Positions 9,043-18,700 are shown, numbered from the stretch's first letter. The stretch: DNA of 52,803 nt from Chloroflexota bacterium (GCA_003697365.1 RFGP01000009.1:1-52803); one strand, 5' to 3'. The notes: generated by a model from the sequence alone, not told the origin. A program made the numbers and translations.

Positions 9043-10068
9043 ATGGCCATCGTAAGTAATCGCAACCATAATTACCCATTTGATTTATCGGTGGTGTTGC
9101 CTGTTTATAATGAAGAAGATAACCTGCGTTTGTTGCACCAAGAACTGAGCGACACGCTGGAAAAAATGAATATCGCCTATGAAATCATTTACGTTGATGA
9201 TGGCAGCCGTGATCGTAGTGCAGAAGTAATGATGGAAATTGCTAATGAAGATCAGCACGTCAAAATGGTCTTCTTACGTCGTAATTTTGGACAAACTGCA
9301 GCAATTCAAGCGGGTATCGATCTCGCAACAGGGGCCATTATATGCTTAATGGATTCTGACCTACAGAACGACCCTAACGACATACCGCGCATGAAGGCAC
9401 GTATGGATGAAGGCTTTGATCTTGTGAGTGGTTGGCGACGCGATCGTAAAGATCGCATGATTACACGCCGCATCCCCTCCATGATTGCCAATGGCTTAAT
9501 CTCGCGTGTAACCAATGTACGCCTACACGATTATGGTTGCACCCTAAAAATGTACCGCCGAGAAGTTCTTGATCATGTGCGGTTATACGGTGAAATGCAT
9601 CGCTTTATCCCCGTTTTGGCAAATGCGGCAGGGGCAAAGATCGATGAAATGGTTGTTAATCATCGTCCCCGCATTCATGGAAAGAGTAAATATGGCCTTT
9701 GGCGAACAGTAAAAGTTGTGCTTGATCTTATTACGGTCACATTTCTTACGAAGTTTAATACACGTCCGATGTATATCTTCGGGGGTATTGGCTTTGCTTT
9801 TCTAGGGCTCAGTATTCTACTATTTGGCTCAAGTATCATTCATAGCCTTATCAGCGCTCAACCTATGGTTGCGACACCAATGCCTTTCTTTAGTGCCGTG
9901 TTCCTCGTAGGTGGCATACAAACAATTTTGCTTGGGCTTATTATTGAGTTACTCATGCGGACATATTACGAATCACAAGGCAAAGGCCCTTATGCCATTC
10001 GTGAAGTCGTGATGAATGAATCAACAAGAGAACAGCAACGCGATTTAGTTGCAGAATTATCTTCTTAA
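9043..10068 (+). CDS. GT2-family polyprenyl-phosphate glycosyltransferase (GtrB/ArnC/DPM1-like)
   Basis: 341 aa with GT-A motifs (VVLPVYNEE, YVDDGSRD, DSDLQNDP) and two C-terminal TM helices, as in GtrB/ArnC-type enzymes. Confidence 0.8.
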   Translation: MAIVSNRNHNYPFDLSVVLPVYNEEDNLRLLHQELSDTLEKMNIAYEIIYVDDGSRDRSAEVMMEIANEDQHVKMVFLRRNFGQTAAIQAGIDLATGAIICLMDSDLQNDPNDIPRMKARMDEGFDLVSGWRRDRKDRMITRRIPSMIANGLISRVTNVRLHDYGCTLKMYRREVLDHVRLYGEMHRFIPVLANAAGAKIDEMVVNHRPRIHGKSKYGLWRTVKVVLDLITVTFLTKFNTRPMYIFGGIGFAFLGLSILLFGSSIIHSLISAQPMVATPMPFFSAVFLVGGIQTILLGLIIELLMRTYYESQGKGPYAIREVVMNESTREQQRDLVAELSS

Positions 10069-10086
10069 GGCATACGATACATTGTG

Positions 10087-10110
10087 GCGGCGAGAAAATA
10101 GCCTCGCCGC
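10087..10110. terminator. GC hairpin between convergent GT2 and acyl-CoA dehydrogenase genes
   Basis: GCGGCGAG aaaatagc CTCGCCGC (8-bp stem). There is no clear T-tract on either side. Confidence 0.4.
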
Positions 10111-10132
10111 ATTCATCAATGTTCGGAAAATT

Positions 10133-11293
10133 TTAGCGAACGTTATAGCCATAAGATTCCAGCACACGACGCGCAATAACTAAGCGTTGAATTTGGCTTG
10201 TTCCCTCACCAATTGTCATCAAACGTTGATCGCGGTATATACGCTCTACCGGAAATTCGCGACTATAACCATAAGAACCATGAATTTGTATAGCGTTAAA
10301 ACATACGCGCTCTGCCACTTCAGAAGCAAAAAGTTTGGCCATAGCGGCTTCCTTGCTGAAGGGTTTTCCTTGATCTTTTAACCAAGCAGCGCGCATCGTC
10401 AACAAACGTGCGGCCTCAATTTCGAGCGCGCCATCGGCAATCATCCATTGAATTGCTTGATGTCTCGCGATTGGCCCGCCAAATGCTTCTCGTTCATTAG
10501 CATAGCGTACTGCTTCATCAAAAGCTGCTTGTGCCAACCCAACACTTAATGCCGCAATTGTGATCCGTCCGCCATCTAGCGTTTCAAGTGTCTGCTGAAA
10601 ACCACGCCCCTCTGTTCCTAAGATAGCATCTTCAGGCAATCGTACATTTTCATAGGTAATCTGTTGCGTAAGCGAGCCATTTAACCCCATTTTCTTTTCC
10701 GGTGGATGAATCGTCACACCTTCTAGATCAGGCTCTACTAATAACATCGAAAACCCTCGTGACCCCGCTTCTCGATCTGTCCGCGTGAAGGTGATAATCA
10801 CAGGCGCAAAACCGGGGTTGGTAATCCATGCCTTATGACCATTCAATACCCATTGCCCGTTTTCGCGGTAGGCATTCGTTTTAATATTACTCAGATCAGA
10901 ACCCGCGTTAGGTTCTGTGAGGGCTAATGCCCCTAAATATTCTCCTGATACCAGCTTGGGCAAATATTTTTCTTTCTGAGCAGGCGTGCCCCATTTTACA
11001 ATTGGGGTTGTCCCTAAGCCATTATGGGCAGCAAGCGCTAGTGCTGTTGAGCCACAAGCACGCGCTACTTCTTCTAATGCTAATGCTGCGCTAATAGTAT
11101 CGAGCCCTGCTCCGCCATACTCTTCAGGGACTTGCAACGCAGTAAGGCCTATTTGTGGCATTTTTTTTATAGCTTCCCAGCGTAGCTTCCCAGTTTCATC
11201 AACTTCGGCAGCATATGGTGCAAGCTCACGCTGACAAAAGTCGCGCACAGCATCACGATACATACGTTGTTCTTCGGTTAGTTCAAAATGCAT
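10133..11293 (-). CDS. Acyl-CoA dehydrogenase
   Basis: ACAD pattern throughout (MHFELTEEQRMYRDAVRDF..., ALTEPNAGSD, catalytic-base context IGEGTSQIQRLVIAR). The start was moved to ATG 11293, preceded by GGAGAT. The ORF-track start at 11380 would overlap the upstream gene by 44 nt. Confidence 0.88.
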   Translation of the reverse strand: MHFELTEEQRMYRDAVRDFCQRELAPYAAEVDETGKLRWEAIKKMPQIGLTALQVPEEYGGAGLDTISAALALEEVARACGSTALALAAHNGLGTTPIVKWGTPAQKEKYLPKLVSGEYLGALALTEPNAGSDLSNIKTNAYRENGQWVLNGHKAWITNPGFAPVIITFTRTDREAGSRGFSMLLVEPDLEGVTIHPPEKKMGLNGSLTQQITYENVRLPEDAILGTEGRGFQQTLETLDGGRITIAALSVGLAQAAFDEAVRYANEREAFGGPIARHQAIQWMIADGALEIEAARLLTMRAAWLKDQGKPFSKEAAMAKLFASEVAERVCFNAIQIHGSYGYSREFPVERIYRDQRLMTIGEGTSQIQRLVIARRVLESYGYNVR

Positions 11294-11336
11294 GGTGTTA
11301 ATCTCCAATACGTCACCACTAAAAATTATAGACACA

Positions 11337-13091
11337 TTACTTGCGGAACTGTGTAGAACGCCATGGGCTGAATAATTCACGCAGCTTAAGGCGTTGATAT
11401 TTTCCGGTGCTTGTTACAGGAATATCTTTTCCAAAAACAACTACTTTCGGGCTTTTCTCAAAAGTCATGCGTTCGCGGCAATAGTTGATAATTTCTTCTT
11501 CAGAAACGTTTGCACCTTCTTCCAAAACCACATAAGCGCCAACTTCTTCGCCATAGTAATCGTTTTCAAAAGCGATTGCTAAGCCGACTTTTACCCCTTC
11601 TATCTCTAATAAAACTTCTTCAATATCAAAGGGACTAAATTTTACACCGCCGCGATTGATCAATTCTTTAATGCGACCAGTGATGAAAAAGAACTGTCGT
11701 CCATGTTCATCTTCTAGATAAAAGCCTTCATCACCGCTGCGGAACCACTCAAACTTAAAAGTTTCGGCGTTTGCATCGGGGCGTTGATAATAGTATTTCA
11801 TGACGTTGTGCCCACGAATGCAAATTTCACCACGCTCATTTGGCCCAAGTTGTTGACCATTACCGCTTGCATCAAAAATTGCCATCTCATTTGTCGAGAT
11901 TGGACAGCCAATACTTGGATACCCATAATCTTGCATCCAATGCTGATGTGTTTCCCAATCCAAATCGATAGGCAAAAAGCAGCTATAGCAAGTGGTCTCA
12001 CTTAAGCCATAACCATGCAAAATTGGAATGCGAAACTGATCTTCAAAGCGCTTAGCCAATTGAACGGCCAATGTTCCGGCCCCACAAATTAAATGGCGAA
12101 AATGTGCTAAATCTTCAGCAGAAACGCCATCCCCATAGATACTTTTTCCTTCGGCAACTTGGGCATCTGCATATTCACAGCTAAACTGCAGTAATGTAGG
12201 TACAACACTGACAATATGTACCTTCTCTCGCGCGATTCGCTCCCAAAAATGCTTAGAGCTATAGGCACGATTTAATACAGTACTCCCCCCCACATATAAC
12301 GGGGTGACTAACGTAACAATAATGCCATTGACATGATGAATTGGCAGCACACACATTAAACGCTGGTTGCCTGCGATGCCTTGCCATGAAGAAATGCCGT
12401 AAGCATCAACCAACATATTATATTGCGTCAAAACTACGCCTTTGGGTGCACCTGTTGTGCCGCTCGTATAAACTAACAAACTTTCATCATCTAATGAGGT
12501 TTCATCAGAAAAATCCAGCTCTGAAGATTGTTCAGCTAACAAAGTCTCAAAATAGGGGTACTTTGAGTTAGATTCGCCACCTACCTGAATAATTTGGCGG
12601 ATATTTTCTGCCCCCAGACCTTCCTCTTTGCTGTGCACAATATTCTCTGCTCGCTCAAGATATTCATGCCGAGCAAATAAAATCACTGACTCGCTGTTGC
12701 GTAAAATAAAAGCAATGCGTTGATCATCTTCAGCAGTATTTTGTGGGGCAATTGCTGCGCCTATTTTCCAACAGGCAAAATAAATGATCACTGTATCATG
12801 ATGATTGTAAGCGAGTGTTGCCACACGGTCGCCACGCCGAACACCTAGCTTAAGTAATAAATTCGCAACTTGATTCACCTTCTCATTAAACTGTGCATAG
12901 GTAAACTCTTCACGGTGTCCATCACTGTCATAATGAATTAAAAAGACCTTGTCGGGTGATTCCTTTGCGCGACTATCAAGTAAATGCCGTATGCTTCGAT
13001 ATGGAACAAGACGACTCGATTGTGGGCGGTTTCGTAGTTGTTGTGCTTTTTCAATTTTAGCTTGTGTTGCAGCATCCACAGAATAATTCAT
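11337..13091 (-). CDS. AMP-dependent acyl-CoA synthetase/ligase (ANL superfamily)
   Basis: 584 aa with the AMP-binding motif LVYTSGTTGAPKGV, plus YGLSET and GDEGF...GRIKELINRGG. An SD (GGATGGAG) precedes the ATG at 13091. Confidence 0.88.
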   Translation of the reverse strand: MNYSVDAATQAKIEKAQQLRNRPQSSRLVPYRSIRHLLDSRAKESPDKVFLIHYDSDGHREEFTYAQFNEKVNQVANLLLKLGVRRGDRVATLAYNHHDTVIIYFACWKIGAAIAPQNTAEDDQRIAFILRNSESVILFARHEYLERAENIVHSKEEGLGAENIRQIIQVGGESNSKYPYFETLLAEQSSELDFSDETSLDDESLLVYTSGTTGAPKGVVLTQYNMLVDAYGISSWQGIAGNQRLMCVLPIHHVNGIIVTLVTPLYVGGSTVLNRAYSSKHFWERIAREKVHIVSVVPTLLQFSCEYADAQVAEGKSIYGDGVSAEDLAHFRHLICGAGTLAVQLAKRFEDQFRIPILHGYGLSETTCYSCFLPIDLDWETHQHWMQDYGYPSIGCPISTNEMAIFDASGNGQQLGPNERGEICIRGHNVMKYYYQRPDANAETFKFEWFRSGDEGFYLEDEHGRQFFFITGRIKELINRGGVKFSPFDIEEVLLEIEGVKVGLAIAFENDYYGEEVGAYVVLEEGANVSEEEIINYCRERMTFEKSPKVVVFGKDIPVTSTGKYQRLKLRELFSPWRSTQFRK

Positions 13092-13234
13092 GGAAGCATC
13101 GCTCCATCCTGAACATAATCTAACATAAAATATTTTAAGATTTTCGGGGATAAGAATAACAAAAGAATACTAAACTGACTAGCATTCTTCTTTAAAATTA
13201 AAAGGGGGGTTTTGTTTCTTAACTGAACTGAGTT

Positions 13235-13286
13235 AAGCGCCCTACATCCCCATAGCTAAAGCAAGAGGTTTTGGGCGCGGTTATCG
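13235..13286 (-). repeat. 52-nt hairpin-forming repeat, copy B (inverted relative to copy A)
   Basis: Plus strand reads AAGCGCCCTACATCCCCATAGCTAAAGCAAGAGGTTTTGGGCGCGGTTATCG. It matches the reverse complement of copy A at 49 of 52 positions. It lies between the spoVS stop and the acyl-CoA ligase start. Confidence 0.85.
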
Positions 13287-13349
13287 ATAAAAACGTTATA
13301 CACTTTTTAACTTTTGAATTTCGCGCACCGGTACTCTCAGGGTATGCTC

Positions 13350-13679
13350 TTAAGCGTCTTTAGATTGGCTTTTTACCATAAAACGAATTGCTGTACGTTC
13401 TTGCCCATTAATGATCACATCCGTAAAAACAGGGATCAAAGTTATGTCTGTTTCTCCTGAAAGATAACTGCGCGCAATAGCAATTGCTTTAATTGCCTGA
13501 TACACAGCCCCCGCACCGATAGCCTGTACTTCGGCATGGCCGTGCTCTCGGATCACGCCAGCAATTGCACCCGCTACAGCTGTACTGCGAGAATTACTGG
13601 CGACCTTGATGACGTTTGAAGCAGCTGAATCTGAATATGATGTTGAGTTAGAAACAGATGCCTGTTCAGCGGTGTTCAT
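13350..13679 (-). CDS. spoVS: SpoVS-family protein
   Basis: Strong resemblance to SpoVS (IKVASNSRSTAVAGAIAGVIREHGHAEVQAIGAGAVYQAIKAIAIARSYL ... PVFTDVIINGQERTAIRF). ATG 13679 is preferred because AAGGA lies 8 nt upstream. The ORF track extends to 13706. Confidence 0.85.
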   Translation of the reverse strand: MNTAEQASVSNSTSYSDSAASNVIKVASNSRSTAVAGAIAGVIREHGHAEVQAIGAGAVYQAIKAIAIARSYLSGETDITLIPVFTDVIINGQERTAIRFMVKSQSKDA

Positions 13680-13706
13680 AAGTTTATTCCTTAGTAAAGT
13701 CATCAT

Positions 13707-14316
13707 TAGCTACGATTACAAGTATACATCCCTCTTTTACTCTAAATACGCTTAATATGAGTAATATCAGTCCAGATCAGGAAAAACGTCATAAGTTAAA
13801 TAAAATTAAACAAAATACGCTTTCTTCCATCACCGCCAACGAAAAAAAGCCATTCTTGACACCTCTGAAAATTTTAAGGTTTCTCATAAATTTTCAGAAA
13901 AGTTGTGTCGAAACACCATATATGGTGATCAAGTACTATTAATACCCCCATATATTGTGTAGAACAAATTTGCGTTAAATTTATCTAATACGAATTTGGT
14001 GATTTTTGGAGAACAAATAGGTTGTAAGTTTTCAGAGTTTTTGTTAAACTTCTTTTCAAATTGATGAGAAGACCCATAAATAAAATTTGAACGAAAAAAC
14101 AACTCAGTAACAACTACTATCATCAACACCGAGAGATGCTGTTCCCACACTTGCATAAGTGTTTTCCACCACTAATTGGGTTGGGTCTAATCATCTAAAA
14201 CAGGAATGTATCACATTATTTAAATTAGACTTACCGCGTAAGGAATGCGTGTTATTTAGCATACCTAACTAAGGCATTGCTATTACTTACTCGGTTAGTA
14301 TGGCAGGGCAGAATAA
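13707..14316. other. 610-bp AT-rich non-coding region upstream of dnaA (candidate oriC / dnaA promoter)
   Basis: This is the longest gene-free stretch in the window and is visibly AT-rich. It contains only degenerate DnaA-box-like 9-mers (TTTTCCACC at 14162-14170, TGTGTAGAA at 13957-13965, GTTCCCACA near 14141). No perfect TTATCCACA was found. Confidence 0.3.
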
Positions 14317-15720
14317 ATGCTACCACAAGAAGTATGGAAAGCCGCAAAAGGATACTTAGAAGTTAATCTACACAAAAATATGTACAGGGCGTGGATACAC
14401 GACTGTGAGTTTGTTTCTTTTGAAAACGATACTTTTACTATTTCTGTTAAAGATGACTATAAATATGACTATATCTCTCAGCGGCTTTGGCCAGCAATAC
14501 GTCAAGCCTTGACACGTGTATATGGTCAAGAAGTTGAGGTGTGTTTTGTCCTTGCTGAGGATAGCCGCCCTGCCCCTGACTTGCCAAGCATTCCTAATGT
14601 CTATCCTATCCAGAAAAAATCATCTTCTGCCCCGACCTTTACTGATGATTATGCAGAATTTTCGCGCCCGAATTTTGGTTGGAAAAGTAACCTAAACAGC
14701 AACTATACCTTCTCTGGTTTTATTACGGGCCCCAATAATCAGATGGCTTATGAAGCTGCTATCCAAGTTATTCAGAACTTTAGAAAAACAGCCTATAACC
14801 CATTAGTATTCTATGGTGATGTTGGCTTAGGAAAAACACATTTATTACATGCGATTGGGAATGCTTACCAAAAACGTGGCTATAAAGCACTTTACGTTAC
14901 TGCTGAAGAATTCACTAATCAAATGGTTGATGCCATCCGTGAAAAGCGGATGAGCGAATTCCGTGAACGTTATCGCTATATTGATGTGTTGTTGATTGAT
15001 GATATTCAATTCGTAGCGAGCAAAAATAGTACCCAAGAAGAGCTATATCATACTTTTAACGCGCTTCATGATGGTAATAAACAAATTGTTATTGCTGCCG
15101 ATCGTCGCCCTACAGATATAAAAGGGCTCAGCAAGCAATTAGCCTCGCGGATTGCTTGGGGACTAGCGGTAAGCATCCAAATGCCCAATTATGAAACTCG
15201 GCTAGCAATCGTACAGAAAAAGGCTGCTCTTCAAGGTTTTCAACTTCCAGAAGGTGTTGCGGAATATTTGGCAGAACAACCAACCCAAAATATACGTGAA
15301 CTAGAAGGCCTACTCAATCAAGTGAGTGCACGCGCATCTTTATTGAAGCTCCCCTTGAACTTAGCTATTGTGGAGCAAATCATATCAGAAGGTCATCTAC
15401 AACGTGATATTCACGTTTTCCAACGCCGCTTAACAGTAAGCCAGATGATTGAGCGTGCTGCTGCGGTCATGCAAATTGATCTTGAAGAAATTTTAGGGCA
15501 AAGCCGAAAACGCGAAATTGCAACAGCGCGGCAATGGGTTATCTATCTTACACGCCAAGAAACCAAAGCCTCTTGGCCAGAAATTGGCATTGCAATGGGA
15601 CGTACGCATAGCACAGTCCTAAGAAGCTATCAGCAACTAGAGAAAAAGATCAAAGCTGATCCAGCATTACAGCTTAAAGCCCATGAAATGCGTCATCAAA
15701 TTTTGCAAATGTCCCGTTAA
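14317..15720 (+). CDS. dnaA: Chromosomal replication initiator protein DnaA
   Basis: 467 aa with an AAA+ Walker A (GDVGLGKTHLLHAIGN), Walker B (LLIDDIQF), sensor motifs and a C-terminal DNA-binding domain (REIATARQWVIYLTRQ...IGIAMGRTHSTVL). Confidence 0.97.
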   Translation: MLPQEVWKAAKGYLEVNLHKNMYRAWIHDCEFVSFENDTFTISVKDDYKYDYISQRLWPAIRQALTRVYGQEVEVCFVLAEDSRPAPDLPSIPNVYPIQKKSSSAPTFTDDYAEFSRPNFGWKSNLNSNYTFSGFITGPNNQMAYEAAIQVIQNFRKTAYNPLVFYGDVGLGKTHLLHAIGNAYQKRGYKALYVTAEEFTNQMVDAIREKRMSEFRERYRYIDVLLIDDIQFVASKNSTQEELYHTFNALHDGNKQIVIAADRRPTDIKGLSKQLASRIAWGLAVSIQMPNYETRLAIVQKKAALQGFQLPEGVAEYLAEQPTQNIRELEGLLNQVSARASLLKLPLNLAIVEQIISEGHLQRDIHVFQRRLTVSQMIERAAAVMQIDLEEILGQSRKREIATARQWVIYLTRQETKASWPEIGIAMGRTHSTVLRSYQQLEKKIKADPALQLKAHEMRHQILQMSR

Positions 15721-16346
15721 GTTGGTTTCAGTTGAGACAGCACGACTTCGCGAATTTTATTGGCAATAGTGTTAGGATCATCATTGGCATTGACTTGCTT
15801 CCAACGATTTGGGTCAGCTTGCATTAAAGCCTGATACCCCGCATAAACACGCTGATAAAAAGCCAAATCTTTATCATCCAAGCGATTATATTCTTGCCCT
15901 TCGCGTGCCGCATCATATCGGCGTTGAAGCCCAACTTGTGGATCAGTATCCAAAAAAAGTGTTAAATCTGGCCAAAGCCCATCTGTAGCAAAATTGATAA
16001 TTTGCCTTAAGGGTTCAAGTGGTAATCCATGACCATAGCCCTGATAGGCAAGCGTTGAATCGGCAAATCGATCTGAGATGACAATATTACCTTGTGCTAA
16101 ATGTGGGCGAATAACTTGGCTAACCAACTGAGCACGAGAAGCAACATATAGCAATAATTCTGTGCGTGGATGCATTTCAGCATGTTTCATGTCATGCAAT
16201 ACGTCTCGGATGGCTTCGCCGATGGGTGTCCCACCGGGTTCACGAGTAACTAAGACGCTATATCCTGCTTTTTGCAAAAATTCAAACAAGAGTTTTACTT
16301 GGGTAGTTTTACCACTACCATCCAGTCCTTCAAAAGAAATGAACAT
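15717..16346 (-). CDS. tmk: dTMP (thymidylate) kinase
   Basis: P-loop MFISFEGLDGSGKTTQ and the DRFADSTLAYQG motif. ATG 16346 gives a canonical N-terminus; the ORF-track TTG 16367 overlaps the upstream gene. The stop overlaps the dnaA stop within a shared TTAA (15717-15720). Confidence 0.9.
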   Translation of the reverse strand: MFISFEGLDGSGKTTQVKLLFEFLQKAGYSVLVTREPGGTPIGEAIRDVLHDMKHAEMHPRTELLLYVASRAQLVSQVIRPHLAQGNIVISDRFADSTLAYQGYGHGLPLEPLRQIINFATDGLWPDLTLFLDTDPQVGLQRRYDAAREGQEYNRLDDKDLAFYQRVYAGYQALMQADPNRWKQVNANDDPNTIANKIREVVLSQLKPT

Positions 16347-16351
16347 AAAAA

Positions 16352-16837
16352 CTAACGTCCTAGCCAAGGGGTTGGGTGCGCAATTGCTTCAAGGTGAATT
16401 GGTACATACACCCCTTGAAGTTGATTGTTAAACCATAATACAACCCGCGTATCATAGCGCCCTTGTTGCGTTACGATAAGTGTCAATTGGATAACATTTT
16501 CACCATTGGGCGCTAATAAGGGTCGTCGTCGCCTTGCAAACACGAACGAATACCAAGCCCCTTCATCTTCAACCGTTCGATATTCGGGCACCGCACGAAT
16601 GACCTCTATTCCCTGCTGAAGAAAAGTATCCTCAAGGCCAACACTCACAACTTCGCGCTCACTGTCTGTTTGATTTTTGAGAGTGAGCGTCAATGTAAAA
16701 GGCTCATCAACAAATATGGTTGTAGGCATAGTTGCGGATGCTTTGACACTTTGATTTTCAGTTCCTAAATAATAAAGTGCTGCCAATATAAGCAACACAA
16801 CAATAACAATACTTCCAACCCACTTGAGGATTCTCAT
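16352..16837 (-). CDS. Hypothetical membrane-anchored protein
   Basis: ORF with an N-terminal TM helix (ILKWVGSIVIVVLLILAALYYL). ATG 16837 has GGAG 8 nt upstream; the ORF track starts at 16873. I recognised no family. Confidence 0.5.
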   Translation of the reverse strand: MRILKWVGSIVIVVLLILAALYYLGTENQSVKASATMPTTIFVDEPFTLTLTLKNQTDSEREVVSVGLEDTFLQQGIEVIRAVPEYRTVEDEGAWYSFVFARRRRPLLAPNGENVIQLTLIVTQQGRYDTRVVLWFNNQLQGVYVPIHLEAIAHPTPWLGR

Positions 16838-16910
16838 CAAAAGAACTCCATATCTATTTTTGAGGGAATTCAAAAATAAGATGATACAGTATGTCCTTAT
16901 AAGATTGGAG

Positions 16911-16945
16911 AAAAATCATCCTGCCAAGTTTTTCAGCAGGATGAT
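16911..16945 (-). terminator. Rho-independent terminator after the R3H ATPase gene
   Basis: 10-bp stem ATCATCCTGC / GCAGGATGAT (16915-16945) with an 11-nt loop. A T5 run follows on the minus strand (A-run 16911-16915). Confidence 0.65.
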
Positions 16946-16949
16946 AGGC

Positions 16950-18686
16950 TTAGTTGATTTCCTCGCGAAATACACGCACATAGCGTTTCGGTTCTCGTCC
17001 ATAACTATGCGAGGCAAGATTTTCGGCCCGAATGGCCTCATGTTGGCGGCGACGAATATGCGCGGCTTGTGGGGTTAAATCTACAGATTCAACGCCTTCA
17101 CGGATTCGCATAATAGCCTGTCTCACTTCTTCCATCGCTGCTTCAAAAGGATCATCGGTTTGTTCAGTATCCAATTGAAACAGATCGATAAGAAAATTCT
17201 CCACTTGTGTATCTGTATTAGCGCGTAATACATGGATTGGAATATTACGACGTTCAGCATCCAAAATGAGCTTTGGACGGCGACGATAATATGTTTTAAT
17301 CGTCACAAGCACATCAGCATTACGCATATCTTCAACCATCTCAATAGGCACATTAAGTTGTTTTGCCATTTCGATGATGCGGTTATGCCCCATACCATAA
17401 GCATAGATTCGCATCATTGGTAAATTCCGACTAGGGCGTACAGCCACCTTGCTCAGAGCTACTTCAAAGTTTTCATTCTGATCAGAATGAGGCTCATGTT
17501 GCCCATTTTGTATCATATCTGCGCGCCTACGTTGACGCGACTGGCGTTCGCCATTGCTTACTGTCCGATAATAAGGGGCGGTTTCATTTTGAGAACTAGC
17601 GCGCCCACGTTTTAGATTACCAATAGGGACATAGTGAGTGTCGGCACTGCGTAATCCTCCACTCTGACGGCTAGTTTCATCCAAAATAGGAATCACAAGC
17701 TCATTGCGAATGACATCATTTTCATCACGATAGCGCAGCTCAGCAGGCACAGGTTGACCACGTAAATGACTATCAACTGCTAATGCCAAGTCATGATGAA
17801 TCACCATCCGATGCCGATCTTGCACTTCGATCAAAACATCAAAAGTGGGTGGTGCACGGCGCTCTAGTACGGTCTTCTGTGTACGTCGTCTTCGCGCTTC
17901 TTCATCTGACAACGTCACAGATTGAATACCGCCTATGAGGTCAGATAATGTCGGGTTGCGCATAAGATTCTCAAGAGTGTTGCCATGCGCCGTCCCGATC
18001 AGTTGTACGCCGCGCTCAGCGATTGTTCGTGCTGCTTGAGCTTCAAGCTCGCGGCCAATTTCATCAATGATAATAACTTGCGGATTATGATTCTCTACCG
18101 CTTCAATCATTACCTCATGTTGTAAAGTTGGCTGAGCAACTTGCATTCGACGAGACAGCCCAATGGCTGGGTGTGGGATGTCACCATCTCCACCAATTTC
18201 ATTAGATGTGTCAACAATGACGACACGTCGCGTATTCGCAAGAATACGAGCTGCTTCACGTAGCATGGTGGTTTTCCCGACACCGGGCGCACCAAGAATA
18301 AGCACGCTCCGTCCAGAGCGAATAATATCCTCGATAATATCTATCGTGCCATAGACCGCGCGCCCCACGCGACAAGTTAACCCCACAATATCGCCATTAC
18401 GATTACGAATTGCACTAATCCGATGCAAGGTGCGCTCGATGCCACCGCGATTATCAGCATCAAAGCCACCTAAGCGCGACACGATATACTCAATATCAGC
18501 ATGAGTTGTTTCGCGGTCGCTCAAAATTTCAGTTCGATTGATATAACGAGCTGTTGGCAGGCGGCCAAGGTCAACAACGATTTCAATCAAATCGTCAGGG
18601 CTACCGATTTGCTCGATAGCATATGCTAGGTTGTCTGGCAACACCGCCATCAGCTTTTCAATGTCATCAGTTATCTGATATTCCAT
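16950..18686 (-). CDS. AAA/P-loop ATPase with C-terminal R3H domain (SpoIIIAA / Ycf45-like)
   Basis: 578 aa. Contains LHRISAIRNRNGDIVGLTCRVGRAV, Walker A LILGAPGVGKTTML, Walker B VIIIDEIG, and a C-terminal R-x-x-x-H motif (IRRRQHEAI ... SYGREPKRYVRVF). A basic, low-complexity insert lies mid-protein. Confidence 0.75.
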   Translation of the reverse strand: MEYQITDDIEKLMAVLPDNLAYAIEQIGSPDDLIEIVVDLGRLPTARYINRTEILSDRETTHADIEYIVSRLGGFDADNRGGIERTLHRISAIRNRNGDIVGLTCRVGRAVYGTIDIIEDIIRSGRSVLILGAPGVGKTTMLREAARILANTRRVVIVDTSNEIGGDGDIPHPAIGLSRRMQVAQPTLQHEVMIEAVENHNPQVIIIDEIGRELEAQAARTIAERGVQLIGTAHGNTLENLMRNPTLSDLIGGIQSVTLSDEEARRRRTQKTVLERRAPPTFDVLIEVQDRHRMVIHHDLALAVDSHLRGQPVPAELRYRDENDVIRNELVIPILDETSRQSGGLRSADTHYVPIGNLKRGRASSQNETAPYYRTVSNGERQSRQRRRADMIQNGQHEPHSDQNENFEVALSKVAVRPSRNLPMMRIYAYGMGHNRIIEMAKQLNVPIEMVEDMRNADVLVTIKTYYRRRPKLILDAERRNIPIHVLRANTDTQVENFLIDLFQLDTEQTDDPFEAAMEEVRQAIMRIREGVESVDLTPQAAHIRRRQHEAIRAENLASHSYGREPKRYVRVFREEIN

Positions 18687-18700
18687 AGTAATGAGATCAC

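Noticed and set aside
10133-11380. Long form of the acyl-CoA dehydrogenase ORF (415 aa)
   Set aside because: The extra 29 N-terminal residues overlap the upstream ligase gene by 44 nt and are not ACAD-like. ATG 11293 has a GGAG-type SD and gives the canonical MHFELTEEQ start.
12286-12295. Homopolymeric C7/G7 tracts inside coding genes (also near 27812 and 41664) as phase-variation switches
   Set aside because: They are short (7 nt), sit within housekeeping-type genes, and the reading frames are intact. There is no evidence of slippage-based regulation.
13757-14156. Two short ORFs (61 aa plus strand, 75 aa minus strand) in the dnaA upstream gap
   Set aside because: They are AT-rich, Lys/Asn/Phe-biased translations with no SD and no motif. 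I checked for rpmH, which is often near dnaA, and found no Arg/Lys-rich L34-like ORF.
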